Positions 39,048 through 49,253 of a stretch of DNA of 64,000 nt are shown here, in pieces. Origin of the DNA: an uncultured Candidatus Saccharibacteria bacterium (GTDB taxonomy: Bacteria; Patescibacteriota; Minisyncoccia; Phycocordibacterales; CAZNKJ01). The number at the start of each line of letters is the position of its first letter. The first letter of the stretch is position 1. Both the position numbers and the translations under genes were made by a program. The notes below the pieces were generated by a model, which saw only the letters and a program-made list of their open reading frames with translations, had not been told where the DNA came from and did no database searches. The stretch is from positions 16,852-80,851 of the forward strand of contig CAZNKJ010000001.1 of assembly GCA_964574145.1 (NCBI GenBank), in the 5' to 3' direction.

Positions 39048-40118
39048 TTATTTTTTATCTTTCAATTCTTTTGTAATTTCTGTGTTTTCTAATAGCTGGA
39101 ATACTTTTTCGTTAGTTAATATTGTTTCTACATATACAACTACTCGATTAGGGTCTGCATCCTTGTGGTGTTCCAAAATATGTTTAGATTCTTTATCTAT
39201 TTCATCTTTTGGAATGTGGATATTTTCTTCCGCAGCGATAGCATTTAATATTAGTTGTAGTTTTGCGCGTTTTTTTGCATCTATTTCAAATTCTTTTCTA
39301 ATAGCATCTTCGGTTTTTTTAATATTTTTAATATAATCTTCAAATTTCATTCCCATTCGTTCAATGTCACTTTTTAATTGGGAGACCATTTTATCCAATT
39401 CACTTTCCACAAGGATTTTGGGGAGAAGGATTTCTGTTTTTTCTATTATTTTTTCTCCTATTTCGATACGAGTTTTTTCTTTCGCTTTGTGTTCTTTCTC
39501 GATTTTAAGATTTTCTTCAAGCTTTTTTTTGAAATCATCTATATTCTTAAAATCTCCAAATGATTTTACCAATTCTTCAGTCAAGACGGGTTTGGTTTTT
39601 TGTGGTTCATTCGTTCCAGTGTCTTTTTCTTTTTTTGTTTTATTCTGTAAAATTTGATTTATTACCTCGTCAATGTCTTGTTTTGTTACAAGAATAATTT
39701 CTTGTTTCTTGGTTACTTCGCCAGAAATTTTTTTATAATCTGGTAATATAATTTCTGGTAACACTGCAGTTTCAATAGTGAATCCTATTGGATTCCCAGG
39801 AGCTAATTTTGTTATTGTTACTTTAGGGCGTCCTATGGCTTTGATTTTGTGTTCCTCGATTATCTGTGGATAAATGTCTTGTAATGACAGTTCTGCAATT
39901 TGGTTTAGAATTATTTCTTCTGCTACATGTTTTGTAAGAATATGATCCGGAATATGTCCTTTTCTAAAACCAGGTATTTTCGCATCAGCACCTATTTTTT
40001 TGAGTACTTGCGTTCGATAAGTAGAAAAAACATCTTTTTGTATTTCTCCAGTAATTTTTAATTCAGAATCATCTTTTTTTACTATGGAGATATTATTATA
40101 AATAGACTTTGTAGACAT
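39048..40118 (-). CDS. tig: Trigger factor lacking the central PPIase domain
   Basis: IPGFRKGHIP ribosome-binding loop; directly upstream of clpP; only 356 aa. Confidence 0.88.
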   Translation of the reverse strand: MSTKSIYNNISIVKKDDSELKITGEIQKDVFSTYRTQVLKKIGADAKIPGFRKGHIPDHILTKHVAEEIILNQIAELSLQDIYPQIIEEHKIKAIGRPKVTITKLAPGNPIGFTIETAVLPEIILPDYKKISGEVTKKQEIILVTKQDIDEVINQILQNKTKKEKDTGTNEPQKTKPVLTEELVKSFGDFKNIDDFKKKLEENLKIEKEHKAKEKTRIEIGEKIIEKTEILLPKILVESELDKMVSQLKSDIERMGMKFEDYIKNIKKTEDAIRKEFEIDAKKRAKLQLILNAIAAEENIHIPKDEIDKESKHILEHHKDADPNRVVVYVETILTNEKVFQLLENTEITKELKDKK

Positions 40119-40163
40119 GTGTTTTAGAAGGATATGTAATAATCACGAATATTTTACTATAAC

Positions 40164-40199
40164 ACAAAAAACTTTCGTCTGCAAACGAAAGTTTTTTGT
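40164..40199. terminator. Intrinsic terminator
   Basis: ACAAAAAACTTTCGT-CTGCAA-ACGAAAGTTTTTTGT. Confidence 0.65.
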
Positions 40200-40218
40200 T
40201 ATTTGTATTTTTGTTGGA

Positions 40219-40620
40219 CTATTGAGTAAATACGGAGTCGATATTAGAAAGGTCTTCGTCAATATTACCTAAGTCTGTTGTTCCTAAATCTTTTTCAATG
40301 GAGCTTACTTCATCAGAAGTTCCTTGAGTTTTCAGGCTCTTTACTACAGGATCTGGTTCTGTTGCGACGTTATTTTGTTGTGGATTTACAATGTCTGCTT
40401 TTTTAGAGTAGTATTGATTGCCCCAGAAATATATTCCTCCTAAAGCAAGTACAGAAATAATAATAATAATTCCAGCAACTTGACCTATTGTGTGTTTTTC
40501 TGGCTCAGGGTTGTTAGAAGTTTCTGTTGGAGTTTCTTCTGTCGTGTCGACATTAGACACATTTTCGTTTTCATTATTTTGCTTCTCGTTTTGTTCTTCT
40601 TGTGTGTTCATATAAGTCAA
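40219..40620 (-). CDS. Small single-pass membrane protein
   Basis: Acidic N-terminus, TM helix GIIIIISVLALGGIYFWG, C-terminal QGTSDEVSSIEKDL. Confidence 0.75.
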   Translation of the reverse strand: MTYMNTQEEQNEKQNNENENVSNVDTTEETPTETSNNPEPEKHTIGQVAGIIIIISVLALGGIYFWGNQYYSKKADIVNPQQNNVATEPDPVVKSLKTQGTSDEVSSIEKDLGTTDLGNIDEDLSNIDSVFTQ

Positions 40621-40665
40621 TATATTTATTTCTAATAGAGATTATAATTTTATTATTACCTCTCC

Positions 40666-41493
40666 TTAATTTCTAGAATCGGAATTATTATTGGTAGTAT
40701 TTTCATCTCTATTATCCGACCTAATCTCACGTAGAGCCCTTACTGTTTCTATGAGAGTTTCGCGCGCTTTTAGAATTCCGTTTTTTGCGATAGTGGCCAT
40801 CTCGCGCGCTTTTTGGAAGGAATCTTGTGGGTTTTCGGTTTCAATTGCTGAAAACGCTTCATCAAGGAATTGTTTAGTCGCTTCTCGAGCAGTTTCAAGC
40901 TCATTTTGCGATTTTTCTAGAAGATCGCGCTCCTCAGTCATATCTTTTCCCTGAGCTTCAAGTTTTTCAATACGAGATTGTACACGTTTACCGATTTTGT
41001 AAATTCTATTTATTGCCATTTCAAATCTGTTCCCAAATCGTTTAAGATGTTTTTTTATTCGCTCTTTTGATTTATTCCCAAGCTTTATTTCTCGTTTTTG
41101 AAATTTTTCACGCAGACCACCTTTCCTTTTTTCAATTTTTTCAATTCGCTCTTTCATATTTTCACGCAACTCAAGTCGTTTTTTATCTAATCGCGCGCGA
41201 ATTTTATCTCGTCTGGAAGAATACTCCTCTCTTGTGTTGTCAAAACGTTCTTTTAATCTTTGTTCTTTTTCATCTATTTCCTTACGGATTTTATTATGCC
41301 GCCTGGGTGTTACGGCAGGGGCTAATTTTTTAGCCTTAATATTCTCTCCCTCAACTTCTTTTGCGGTAGATGCTGATGAGTCATCGGTGTGGGCAAGAGC
41401 AGGATTTGCGATAAAAAACAGAGCAAAGGCGAATATTAACAATAGTATAGAGTTCTTAACGTTTAAGATTTCTTTAAAATGAGTTATTTTCAT
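40666..41493 (-). CDS. Secreted charged coiled-coil protein
   Basis: Signal peptide ending ALA; R/E/K-rich helices. Confidence 0.75.
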   Translation of the reverse strand: MKITHFKEILNVKNSILLLIFAFALFFIANPALAHTDDSSASTAKEVEGENIKAKKLAPAVTPRRHNKIRKEIDEKEQRLKERFDNTREEYSSRRDKIRARLDKKRLELRENMKERIEKIEKRKGGLREKFQKREIKLGNKSKERIKKHLKRFGNRFEMAINRIYKIGKRVQSRIEKLEAQGKDMTEERDLLEKSQNELETAREATKQFLDEAFSAIETENPQDSFQKAREMATIAKNGILKARETLIETVRALREIRSDNRDENTTNNNSDSRN

Positions 41494-41591
41494 AGACTGT
41501 TGTTTTGTGAGGTTTATAATTGTATCTAATTCAGATAGGGAAGGATTTTATATATCCTACGTATTTTATAAAAAACCTATATATTTTTAAG

Positions 41592-41633
41592 TATACACAA
41601 CCCAGCTCTTTTAAAAGAGCTGGGTTGTGTATA
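41592..41633. repeat. Perfect 42-bp palindrome downstream of ppa
   Basis: TATACACAACCCAGCTCTTTT|AAAAGAGCTGGGTTGTGTATA. Confidence 0.85.
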
Positions 41634-41655
41634 TCCAGATCAATAATCTGGATAT

Positions 41656-42177
41656 TTATGAGAATTTCTTTTGATAGAGAGCGCGTGCGCGATCAAAGGC
41701 TTTTTGAGCCTCTTTAACACCCTCAAACCCGACAACTTTTACCTCTTTATTTTGAAGTTTTTTGTAAGTTGAGTAGAAATGTTCCATCTCTTTAATGGTA
41801 TGGGGGTTAATATCACCTATATCTTTAGTAAGATCCCAACGTGGGTCTTTTATGGGAACTGCAATAACCTTATCATCAGATTCTCCATCATCTATCATTT
41901 TCATGAGAGCCACAGGTCTTACTCGTACTAGGATACCTGGAGCTAGTGGGAATGTTGCAAGTACAATAACATCTAGTGCATCATCATCATCCCATAGAGT
42001 TTTAGGGACAAACCCGTAATCATATGGGAAGTCTTGAGCTGTGTGCGCTGCCCGGTCAAGAGCTATCAGACCTGTTTCTTTGTCAATCTCATATTTATTT
42101 TTTGAACCTTTTGGTATTTCAATGATAACGTTTATTTCATCATGCGTACCGGGTTCAATGTCGTGCCAAAGATTCAT
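41656..42177 (-). CDS. ppa: Inorganic pyrophosphatase (family I)
   Basis: IEIPKGSKNKYEIDK, YGFVP, DDDALDV, DDGESDDK. Confidence 0.95.
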   Translation of the reverse strand: MNLWHDIEPGTHDEINVIIEIPKGSKNKYEIDKETGLIALDRAAHTAQDFPYDYGFVPKTLWDDDDALDVIVLATFPLAPGILVRVRPVALMKMIDDGESDDKVIAVPIKDPRWDLTKDIGDINPHTIKEMEHFYSTYKKLQNKEVKVVGFEGVKEAQKAFDRARALYQKKFS

Positions 42178-42226
42178 AGACTTATTTTGTTATTTAATAA
42201 TAAAGCAGATTGCTCGTTTTTTTTAT

Positions 42227-43477
42227 TTACACTGTGTCTTTTCCGTCCAGTTCTTTCTGGACATCCTTATCATTTACAATAGTCTTTTTATTTTCAATTT
42301 TTTCTTTCACCACTTCTTTCTCTGAGGTAGAGGCTTTTGCTTTTTCTATTGTAACACCGTCTTCATCTGCTGTAGCAACATTATCTCCTTGTAAAGATTG
42401 GATGTCTATTTTCCAACCAGTAAGTTTCGCAGCCAATCGAACATTTTGCCCACCTTTGCCTATTGCAAGAGATTGTTGGTCTTCAGAAACCTCAACTCGA
42501 GCCTGTTTATCTTCTTCTGAAATTTCTACACTAATAATCTTTGCAGGTGAAAGAGCGTCTTCAATAAACTCAACTTGATCTTCAGACCATTCAATAATGT
42601 CAATTTTTTCTCCAGCAAGCTCACTCATTACTGTTGAAACACGAACACCGCGTTGTCCAACCAAGGAACCTACAGGGTCTATGTGTTCATCGTGAGAAAG
42701 CACAGCAATTTTAGAACGTGACCCTGCTTCACGAGCAACAGCCTTTATCTCAATAGTTTTATTTGCTAGTTCGGGGGACTCCATTTCAAACAATTTTTCA
42801 AGAAATTTTGGATGAGAGCGAGACAGTCTTAAGAATACGCCGCGATGACTATCATCAACTGCAAACAAGTATGCTCGTATACGTTCGCCTTGTCGGAATC
42901 GTTCGCCTGGGATTTGTTCATCATAAGGGATGACTCCTGTTGTGCGACCAAGGTCAATAAAAACATTACCCCTCTCTATACGTTGAACTGTTCCATTCAC
43001 TATTTCTCCTTGTCGTCCACCAAAATCTTCCAGGACAGAAGTTTTTTCCGCTTCACGAATTTTTTGAATAATGACCTGCTTTGCTGTTTGGGCCGCTATA
43101 CGCCCAAAATCACCCTTTTCTTCCAAAGGGAATATTATTTCGTCGTCAAGCTCTGTATTTTTTTTGATCCTTTTTGCATCTTCAAGAAGGATATGATGTT
43201 CAGTATTAAAACGAATTCTTTCATCATCTTCTCCTTCTTTTTCATCTTCTTCCATTAGTACAGAAGATGGATCAACAACTATTTTTACTTGGAAGAACTC
43301 TGTTGAGCCAGTGCCTATGTCAAAAACTGCGCGTACAATTTGTCCTTTTTTCCCGTATTCTTTTTTGTAAGCAGTTGCTAGAGCGGATTCAATAGCCTCA
43401 ATCATTTTTTCACGAGGGATACCGCGTTCTTCTTCTAATTGGTCTAGTACTGAGTTTATTACTTTTAAGTCAAACAT
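42227..43477 (-). CDS. nusA: Transcription termination factor NusA
   Basis: FGRIAAQTAKQVI, AREAGSRSKIAV, DPVGSLVGQRG, SLAIGKGGQNVRLA. Confidence 0.97.
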   Translation of the reverse strand: MFDLKVINSVLDQLEEERGIPREKMIEAIESALATAYKKEYGKKGQIVRAVFDIGTGSTEFFQVKIVVDPSSVLMEEDEKEGEDDERIRFNTEHHILLEDAKRIKKNTELDDEIIFPLEEKGDFGRIAAQTAKQVIIQKIREAEKTSVLEDFGGRQGEIVNGTVQRIERGNVFIDLGRTTGVIPYDEQIPGERFRQGERIRAYLFAVDDSHRGVFLRLSRSHPKFLEKLFEMESPELANKTIEIKAVAREAGSRSKIAVLSHDEHIDPVGSLVGQRGVRVSTVMSELAGEKIDIIEWSEDQVEFIEDALSPAKIISVEISEEDKQARVEVSEDQQSLAIGKGGQNVRLAAKLTGWKIDIQSLQGDNVATADEDGVTIEKAKASTSEKEVVKEKIENKKTIVNDKDVQKELDGKDTV

Positions 43478-43480
43478 GTC

Positions 43481-43668
43481 TTAGATTTAGTTAACGAATG
43501 ATAATGAGTTTAGTAAATCTTAGATGCCCTGTAGCTCTCGTATAGAGCGAAATGGGTATAAATTAGATTTAGTTAACGAATGATAATGAGTTTAGTAAAT
43601 CTTAGATGCCCTGTAGCTCTCGTATAGATAGCTCTCGTATAGAGCGAAATGGGTATAGATTAGATTTA
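43481..43668. repeat. 82-bp tandem duplication in the nusA leader
   Basis: Copy 1 at 43481-43562; copy 2 at 43563-43659 with an internal 15-nt duplication (TAGCTCTCGTATAGA); partial third copy TTAGATTTA. Confidence 0.9.
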
Positions 43669-43718
43669 CTTAGTGGGCGTATAGTGAGCTTAGTAATTCA
43701 TCATCTTCCGAATTTTTT

Positions 43719-43786
43719 AAAAAAATGTGCCCGCACAAAGGCGGACATAACACACAGTAGTATACTGTATAGATGTCTCATGTCAA
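43719..43786 (-). promoter_or_regulatory. nusA promoter and leader attenuator-like hairpin
   Basis: TTGACA-N16-TATACT (43786-43759), then GTCCGC-CTTTGT-GCGGGC followed by ACA and a T-run. Confidence 0.6.
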
Positions 43787-44419
43787 GTTGCTCCCTAGGT
43801 GGGAATGATCCATCCATGTGGTCATGTTCCAAGAATTAAGCTTTTCATTATATTCACAAATAGTTATGCCGGTATTTCTTGTTTTCATAAATAACCCTAG
43901 ATGTGTGTAAATGTTTGAATCAAGCTCTTTGTCGAATATCATAAGTGAGATTAACATACGTAAAAAAACACCATGTGTAATAACAGCTATTTGAGAGTCA
44001 GGTTGTGTTATAAGGAGTTCAAGTGCTTTAAGCGCGCGATTTTTCAGATCATTAAAATTTTCTTCATTGGAATAGTGCCAGTTTGGTATATGAAAATTCT
44101 GTAAGATTGTATCTTCTATTTTTTTGCGTTTCGGATCTTCTCTGTGGAGCCCTTTTATTTCTGAAGGACGCTTTTGTTCTATAAATAGGTCAGAGTAAGT
44201 AGACGGTTTGTTAAGAAGTTTGTTGAAAATAATCGCAGTTTCTTTTGTGCGTACAAAAGGACTTACAATAATAGAATCAATGGGGATAGATTGAAAACGT
44301 TGTGCCAAGAATGTTGACTGTTCTATTCCTTTTTGTGTTAGCTTACCTTCAGCTCCCATGTAAATTCCAGAAGAGTTTGACTCACTTTCGCCGTGTCGCA
44401 CAAAGTAGAAACGTTTCAT
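43778..44419 (-). CDS. Histidine phosphatase (phosphoglycerate mutase-like) family protein
   Basis: FVRHGESE, VSPFVRTKETA, VITHG. Confidence 0.9.
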   Translation of the reverse strand: MKRFYFVRHGESESNSSGIYMGAEGKLTQKGIEQSTFLAQRFQSIPIDSIIVSPFVRTKETAIIFNKLLNKPSTYSDLFIEQKRPSEIKGLHREDPKRKKIEDTILQNFHIPNWHYSNEENFNDLKNRALKALELLITQPDSQIAVITHGVFLRMLISLMIFDKELDSNIYTHLGLFMKTRNTGITICEYNEKLNSWNMTTWMDHSHLGSNLT

Positions 44420-44495
44420 ATTGAAGCTAATATAACATGGTCTGTTGAGAAGTTAGGTAGTTAGTCGTGAGTTTCTTGATATAATTAAGACACTT

Positions 44496-46247
44496 ATGCT
44501 TATTGGAGCAAAACAACTCAAGCGTTTTCTTGTGGATGCTGGTTTGGTATCTAACACTCAATTTGAGACAGCTGAAAAAGAAGCGAAAAAACATGACACA
44601 AGTGTGAGTGAAGAACTGGTGTCAAAAGGAGAACTTTCTGAGAACGACCTGAGGAGAGTTGAAGCTTATGTGTTGGGGATTCCTTTTGTTAGTTTAAAAG
44701 ATCGCAAGATAGAGTTTGAAGTACTTTCTCTTGTGCCAGAACCAATAGCTAGGAATAATAATATTATTCCTTTTAAAAAAGGGGATGGGGTGCTTGAGGT
44801 AGCGATGCTTAACACTGATGATTTAGAATCCATTGATTTCATAAAGAAAAAAACAGGGCTAAAGATCTTACCTAGATTAACCGACACTGAGTCTATAAAG
44901 CATGCGCTAATTCAGTATCAGAAAACTCTAAAAGATGAATTTGGAGATTTGATTGAGAGGGAGGCAGGAGAGCTTAAAGAAATTCCTGAAGGTGAGGATA
45001 AGGAAATGTCTGAAGGCGATCTAAAAAAGCTCGCAGAAGATGTCCCTGTTGTGCGCATTGTTGATGCCCTCCTTAAGCATGCAATTATACAAAATGCTTC
45101 TGATATTCACATAGAACCGATGGAAAAAGAAGTTTTGGTAAGATACCGTATAGATGGAATATTGCATGACGCAATGACTCTTCCAAAGTCTGCTTCATCT
45201 TCAGTTAGCGCTAGAGTAAAAGTGCTTGCAAATTTAAAACTAGATGAGAAACGTCTTCCTCAGGACGGTCGGTTTAAAGTTGAGTCAAATAGTGAAAAAG
45301 TTTCTTTTCGTGTATCAGTTTTGCCAACATATTTTGGAGAGAAAATAGTAATGAGGCTTTTAAAAGAGAGTGTCTCTGGTTTTACACTAGAGAGTCTGGG
45401 TTTCCATGGGGAAGGGCTAGAGCGAATTTATCGAGCAACGAGGAAAAAAACCGGATTGATTTTAACTACAGGTCCGACTGGGTCAGGAAAGACAACAACT
45501 CTTTATACAATGCTTGATATTTTAAATACTCCAGAAGTAAATATTTCAACAATTGAAGATCCTATTGAGTATCAGATGCCCCGGATAAACCAAACACAGG
45601 TGCGTTCTGATATAGGGTTTTCTTTTGCGCAAGGCCTACGTTCTTTAGTTAGACAAGACCCAGATATTGTAATGGTCGGTGAGATTCGAGACACTGAGAC
45701 AGCCTCTTTGGCTATTAATGCTGCTCTTACAGGTCATCTGGTTTTTTCAACACTTCATACGAACTCTTCTGCTGGAGCCATTCCACGTCTTTTAGATATG
45801 GAAGCAGAAACTTTTCTTTTGGTATCTACTCTTGAGGTTATTATAGGTCAACGTCTTGTGCGACAATTATGCAAAGGGAAGATAGAACACAAACTTTCTG
45901 ATGAGGAAATTAAAGTGCTTGGAGAGTCTGTAGATTTAGATGCCGTTCTGAAGACTCTAAAAGAAGAAAAAATTATTTCAAAAACTGCAGAATGGGAAGA
46001 TGTCTCCTTTTATAAGCCAAAAGAGACAGCAGAGTGCAAAGATGGTTTCAAGGGACGGATTGGTATTCATGAAGTTCTTGATGTAACGCAGTCTATTCGT
46101 AATTTAGTTATGAGTGGAGCTACTACAAAAAAGATAGAAGAACAGGCAAAAAAAGAGGGAATGTTGACTATGATTGAGGACGGTATTTACAAAGCAGCAA
46201 AAGGGATCACTTCTATTGAAGAAGTTTTGCGAGTAGTGTCCGAATAA
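44496..46247 (+). CDS. pilB: Type IV pilus assembly ATPase PilB/GspE
   Basis: ASDIHIEP, RLPQDGR, TGPTGSGKTTTLY, TIEDPIEY, RQDPDIVMVGEIRD, TGHLVFSTLHTN. Confidence 0.93.
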   Translation: MLIGAKQLKRFLVDAGLVSNTQFETAEKEAKKHDTSVSEELVSKGELSENDLRRVEAYVLGIPFVSLKDRKIEFEVLSLVPEPIARNNNIIPFKKGDGVLEVAMLNTDDLESIDFIKKKTGLKILPRLTDTESIKHALIQYQKTLKDEFGDLIEREAGELKEIPEGEDKEMSEGDLKKLAEDVPVVRIVDALLKHAIIQNASDIHIEPMEKEVLVRYRIDGILHDAMTLPKSASSSVSARVKVLANLKLDEKRLPQDGRFKVESNSEKVSFRVSVLPTYFGEKIVMRLLKESVSGFTLESLGFHGEGLERIYRATRKKTGLILTTGPTGSGKTTTLYTMLDILNTPEVNISTIEDPIEYQMPRINQTQVRSDIGFSFAQGLRSLVRQDPDIVMVGEIRDTETASLAINAALTGHLVFSTLHTNSSAGAIPRLLDMEAETFLLVSTLEVIIGQRLVRQLCKGKIEHKLSDEEIKVLGESVDLDAVLKTLKEEKIISKTAEWEDVSFYKPKETAECKDGFKGRIGIHEVLDVTQSIRNLVMSGATTKKIEEQAKKEGMLTMIEDGIYKAAKGITSIEEVLRVVSE

Positions 46248-46272
46248 GAGTGGTAATAAACTTTTTATTTTT

Positions 46273-47493
46273 ATGAAAAAATTTATATATACGGCAACAA
46301 ACACTAATGGAGAAGCTTATACACGTACAGTTGAGGCGAAAGATAGATTTGAAATATATGATTTGGTCCGAAAGGAAAACGGGACGATTGTTTCTATTAA
46401 AAAAGCTGGAAGCTTTTTTGGAGGTGGTTTTTTTAGCAAAGCGGATGCTTTTTTGGGGACAGTAAAAGAGGCAGAAAAAATAATCTTTGCAAGGAATGTT
46501 TCTACTATGATCAAGTCTGGGTTACCGCTGTCTAGGACCCTAGATGTTATGATACGCCAGACAAAAAATAAAAAATTTAAAGAAATCTTACGAGCTATTA
46601 TTAAGGATATAAATGCAGGAGAATCCTTATATACTGCTCTTGGGAAATTTCCAAAAGTATTTTCTCCGCTTTTTGTATCTATGGTTAAGGCTGGTGAAGA
46701 AAGCGGAAAGCTCTCAGAAACTTTTTTAGTAATTGCTCACCAAATGGAAGAGGCTTATTCTCTAAAACGTAAAATACGTGGGGCACTTATATATCCATCG
46801 ATTATATTAATAGCGATGTTTATTATAGGGATACTAATGATGATGTTTGTGGTACCAACGCTTTCGTCAACTTTTGAAGAACTCGGAGCAGACCTTCCGA
46901 AGTCTACCCAAGTAATTATCTTTATAAGTGGTTTTCTTGTAAATAACACATTGATATCGTTGCTTAGTATTGTTGCTGTGTTTTTTGGTTTAATTGTGGC
47001 GTTACGCACAAAACGTGGTAAACGTATGGTAGATTTTATTATCTTGCGAGTGCCAGTTATTTCGGAGTTGGTTAAGGAGACTAACTCTGCTCGTACAGCT
47101 CGGACACTTTCCTCTCTATTATCTGCGGGAGTTGGAATTGTTTCTTCTTTTTCTATTACACAAGATGTTTTACAAAATTCTTACTATAAGGATGTTCTAA
47201 AAACCGCAAAAACTAACGTAGAAAAAGGTAGCCCCATTGCCCAAGTTTTTGTGGAAAATACTGATATATATCCAGTAATGGTGGGCGATATGATTTCAGT
47301 AGGTGAAGAGACGGGACAACTTTCGCAAGTTCTTATGGAGGTAGCAGATTTTTACGAGGAGGATGTTTCTCAGAGGACAAAAGATCTTTCCACAATTATA
47401 GAGCCTTTTCTTATGATAATAATAGGTACAGTGGTTGGTTTTTTTGCTATTTCAATGATTACTCCTATTTATTCAATTTCGGGAAGTATTTAA
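46273..47493 (+). CDS. pilC: Type IV pilus platform protein PilC/GspF
   Basis: MVKAGEESGKL, ALIYP, VGEETGQL, IIEPFLM. Confidence 0.93.
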   Translation: MKKFIYTATNTNGEAYTRTVEAKDRFEIYDLVRKENGTIVSIKKAGSFFGGGFFSKADAFLGTVKEAEKIIFARNVSTMIKSGLPLSRTLDVMIRQTKNKKFKEILRAIIKDINAGESLYTALGKFPKVFSPLFVSMVKAGEESGKLSETFLVIAHQMEEAYSLKRKIRGALIYPSIILIAMFIIGILMMMFVVPTLSSTFEELGADLPKSTQVIIFISGFLVNNTLISLLSIVAVFFGLIVALRTKRGKRMVDFIILRVPVISELVKETNSARTARTLSSLLSAGVGIVSSFSITQDVLQNSYYKDVLKTAKTNVEKGSPIAQVFVENTDIYPVMVGDMISVGEETGQLSQVLMEVADFYEEDVSQRTKDLSTIIEPFLMIIIGTVVGFFAISMITPIYSISGSI

Positions 47494-47497
47494 GAGA

Positions 47498-49249
47498 ATG
47501 ACTGGAACATATAAACACAGTCAAGGTACGTCGTTTATAGATGTGTTAATAAGCATAGCTCTTTTAGCTCTTATATTTTGGGGAATATTTGGAGTATTTC
47601 AATTGGCTTTAGAACTTGTCGGTAACTCTCGTGCTAAGGCTGGTGCTCTCGCACTCGCTAATGAGCGAATGGAATTTCTGAGGTCTCTCTCTTATGATTC
47701 AGTGGGGACTGTTGGTGGGATACCTTCTGGCAATATAGCTCAAACGGAGACAGTAGTTCTTAATAGTCTATCTTATACACGACGTACTTTTATACAGTTT
47801 GTGGATGCTCCAGAAGATGGTATAGGGGCTCTTGACTCAAATGGAATCACTGCAGATTATAAAGTTGCAAAAGTCGAGCTTAGTTGGAATACCCGTAGCG
47901 GTATACGACAATTCTCATTAATATCAACGATTGTCCCAAAAAATATTGAAACGGTGGCTGGTGGAGGAACCCTACTTTTAAACACCATTGATGCTTTTGG
48001 TCTTCCTGTAGCAAATGCTTTAGTGCGGGTACAAAATTTTGCCACCACTCCAACAATTGATGTTACTACTTTCAGCAATATAAACGGGCAGGTGATTTTT
48101 CCAGGTAGTCCTGCTGCCGGGAGCTATCAAGTTACGGTTACAAAAAATGGTTATAGTACTGCGCAAACATATGATGTAACTACAGGGAACCCCAATCCAG
48201 TTCCTCGACATTTTACTATAGTTGAGGGTGCCACCACCGCGGCAACTTTTGCTATTGATAGTTTGGTAAGCAAAACGATACGTACGTTAGAGCCTATAAA
48301 GGATGCTGAATTAGAAGATCTGTTTAATAACCAAAGTTTAATTGAGACACTCTCTCAAACAGTTGTCGTTGGAGGCGGAGTCACTCTTCTTGATTCCGGG
48401 TCAGGGTACCCTGCAAGTGGTAGTGTGATTTCAAATAGCGTGACCCCTGCGTATCTTAATCAGTGGACGCTTCTGTCTTGGAATGACACAGTACCAGTAG
48501 GAACGGCTATTTTATACCAGGTGTATTTTGAGGTGAGCCCGGGGGTGTGGCAGTCTATACCAGATAGTGATCTTCCTGGTAATACTGCAGGATTTTCGAC
48601 TTCAGGTGTTGATCTAACTTCGTTAGCAACTAGTACGTATAGTTCTGTAAAACTTTACGGTTCACTTTCAACAAATAATGCTTCCTCAACTTCTTCAATA
48701 GAAGACTGGAAACTTGATTATAAGGTTGGCCCCACCCCTATCTCTAATGTGGCGTTTTCAATGAGCGGAGCAAAGACGATTGGCACAGACGATGCAGGTA
48801 ATCCTATTTATAAATATGAACAAGTTCTTTCAACAGATAGTAATGGAATATACGCAACCTCAACTCTTGAGTGGGATGTTTATAATATTACTATCGATGG
48901 CACAACAGAAGGTTTTGATATTTCTGAATCTTGTGATCCACAACCAAGGTCGCTTTCGCCAGGCGGTAGTATAGACACAGATCTTTTTTTGTTACCACAC
49001 ACAACAAATTCGCTTCTTGTGGTAGTTCTTGATGGTATGGGGGCAATTATTCCAGGGGCGAGCGTTAACCCTGTATTAGGGTTGTTTAACCAAACAAAAT
49101 CTACCTCGTTATGTGGACAGGTGTTCTTTCCGTCACTTTCTAACGGGACATATAATGTAACAATATCCGCAAGCGGTTATCAGACTGAAATAACTACTGC
49201 AGATGTAAGTGGGACGACTCAAATGTTGATAACACTTATTACACCATAG
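47498..49249 (+). CDS. Large minor pilin (PilV-like) with carboxypeptidase-regulatory-like beta domains
   Basis: Prepilin-like QG|TSFIDVLISIAL; ANERMEFLRSLSYDSVG; repeated GxYxVTxxxxGY domains. Confidence 0.75.
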   Translation: MTGTYKHSQGTSFIDVLISIALLALIFWGIFGVFQLALELVGNSRAKAGALALANERMEFLRSLSYDSVGTVGGIPSGNIAQTETVVLNSLSYTRRTFIQFVDAPEDGIGALDSNGITADYKVAKVELSWNTRSGIRQFSLISTIVPKNIETVAGGGTLLLNTIDAFGLPVANALVRVQNFATTPTIDVTTFSNINGQVIFPGSPAAGSYQVTVTKNGYSTAQTYDVTTGNPNPVPRHFTIVEGATTAATFAIDSLVSKTIRTLEPIKDAELEDLFNNQSLIETLSQTVVVGGGVTLLDSGSGYPASGSVISNSVTPAYLNQWTLLSWNDTVPVGTAILYQVYFEVSPGVWQSIPDSDLPGNTAGFSTSGVDLTSLATSTYSSVKLYGSLSTNNASSTSSIEDWKLDYKVGPTPISNVAFSMSGAKTIGTDDAGNPIYKYEQVLSTDSNGIYATSTLEWDVYNITIDGTTEGFDISESCDPQPRSLSPGGSIDTDLFLLPHTTNSLLVVVLDGMGAIIPGASVNPVLGLFNQTKSTSLCGQVFFPSLSNGTYNVTISASGYQTEITTADVSGTTQMLITLITP

Positions 49250-49253
49250 TCAT

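Noticed and set aside
43481-43668. CRISPR array
   Set aside because: Units are contiguous duplicates without unique spacers, and no cas genes are present.
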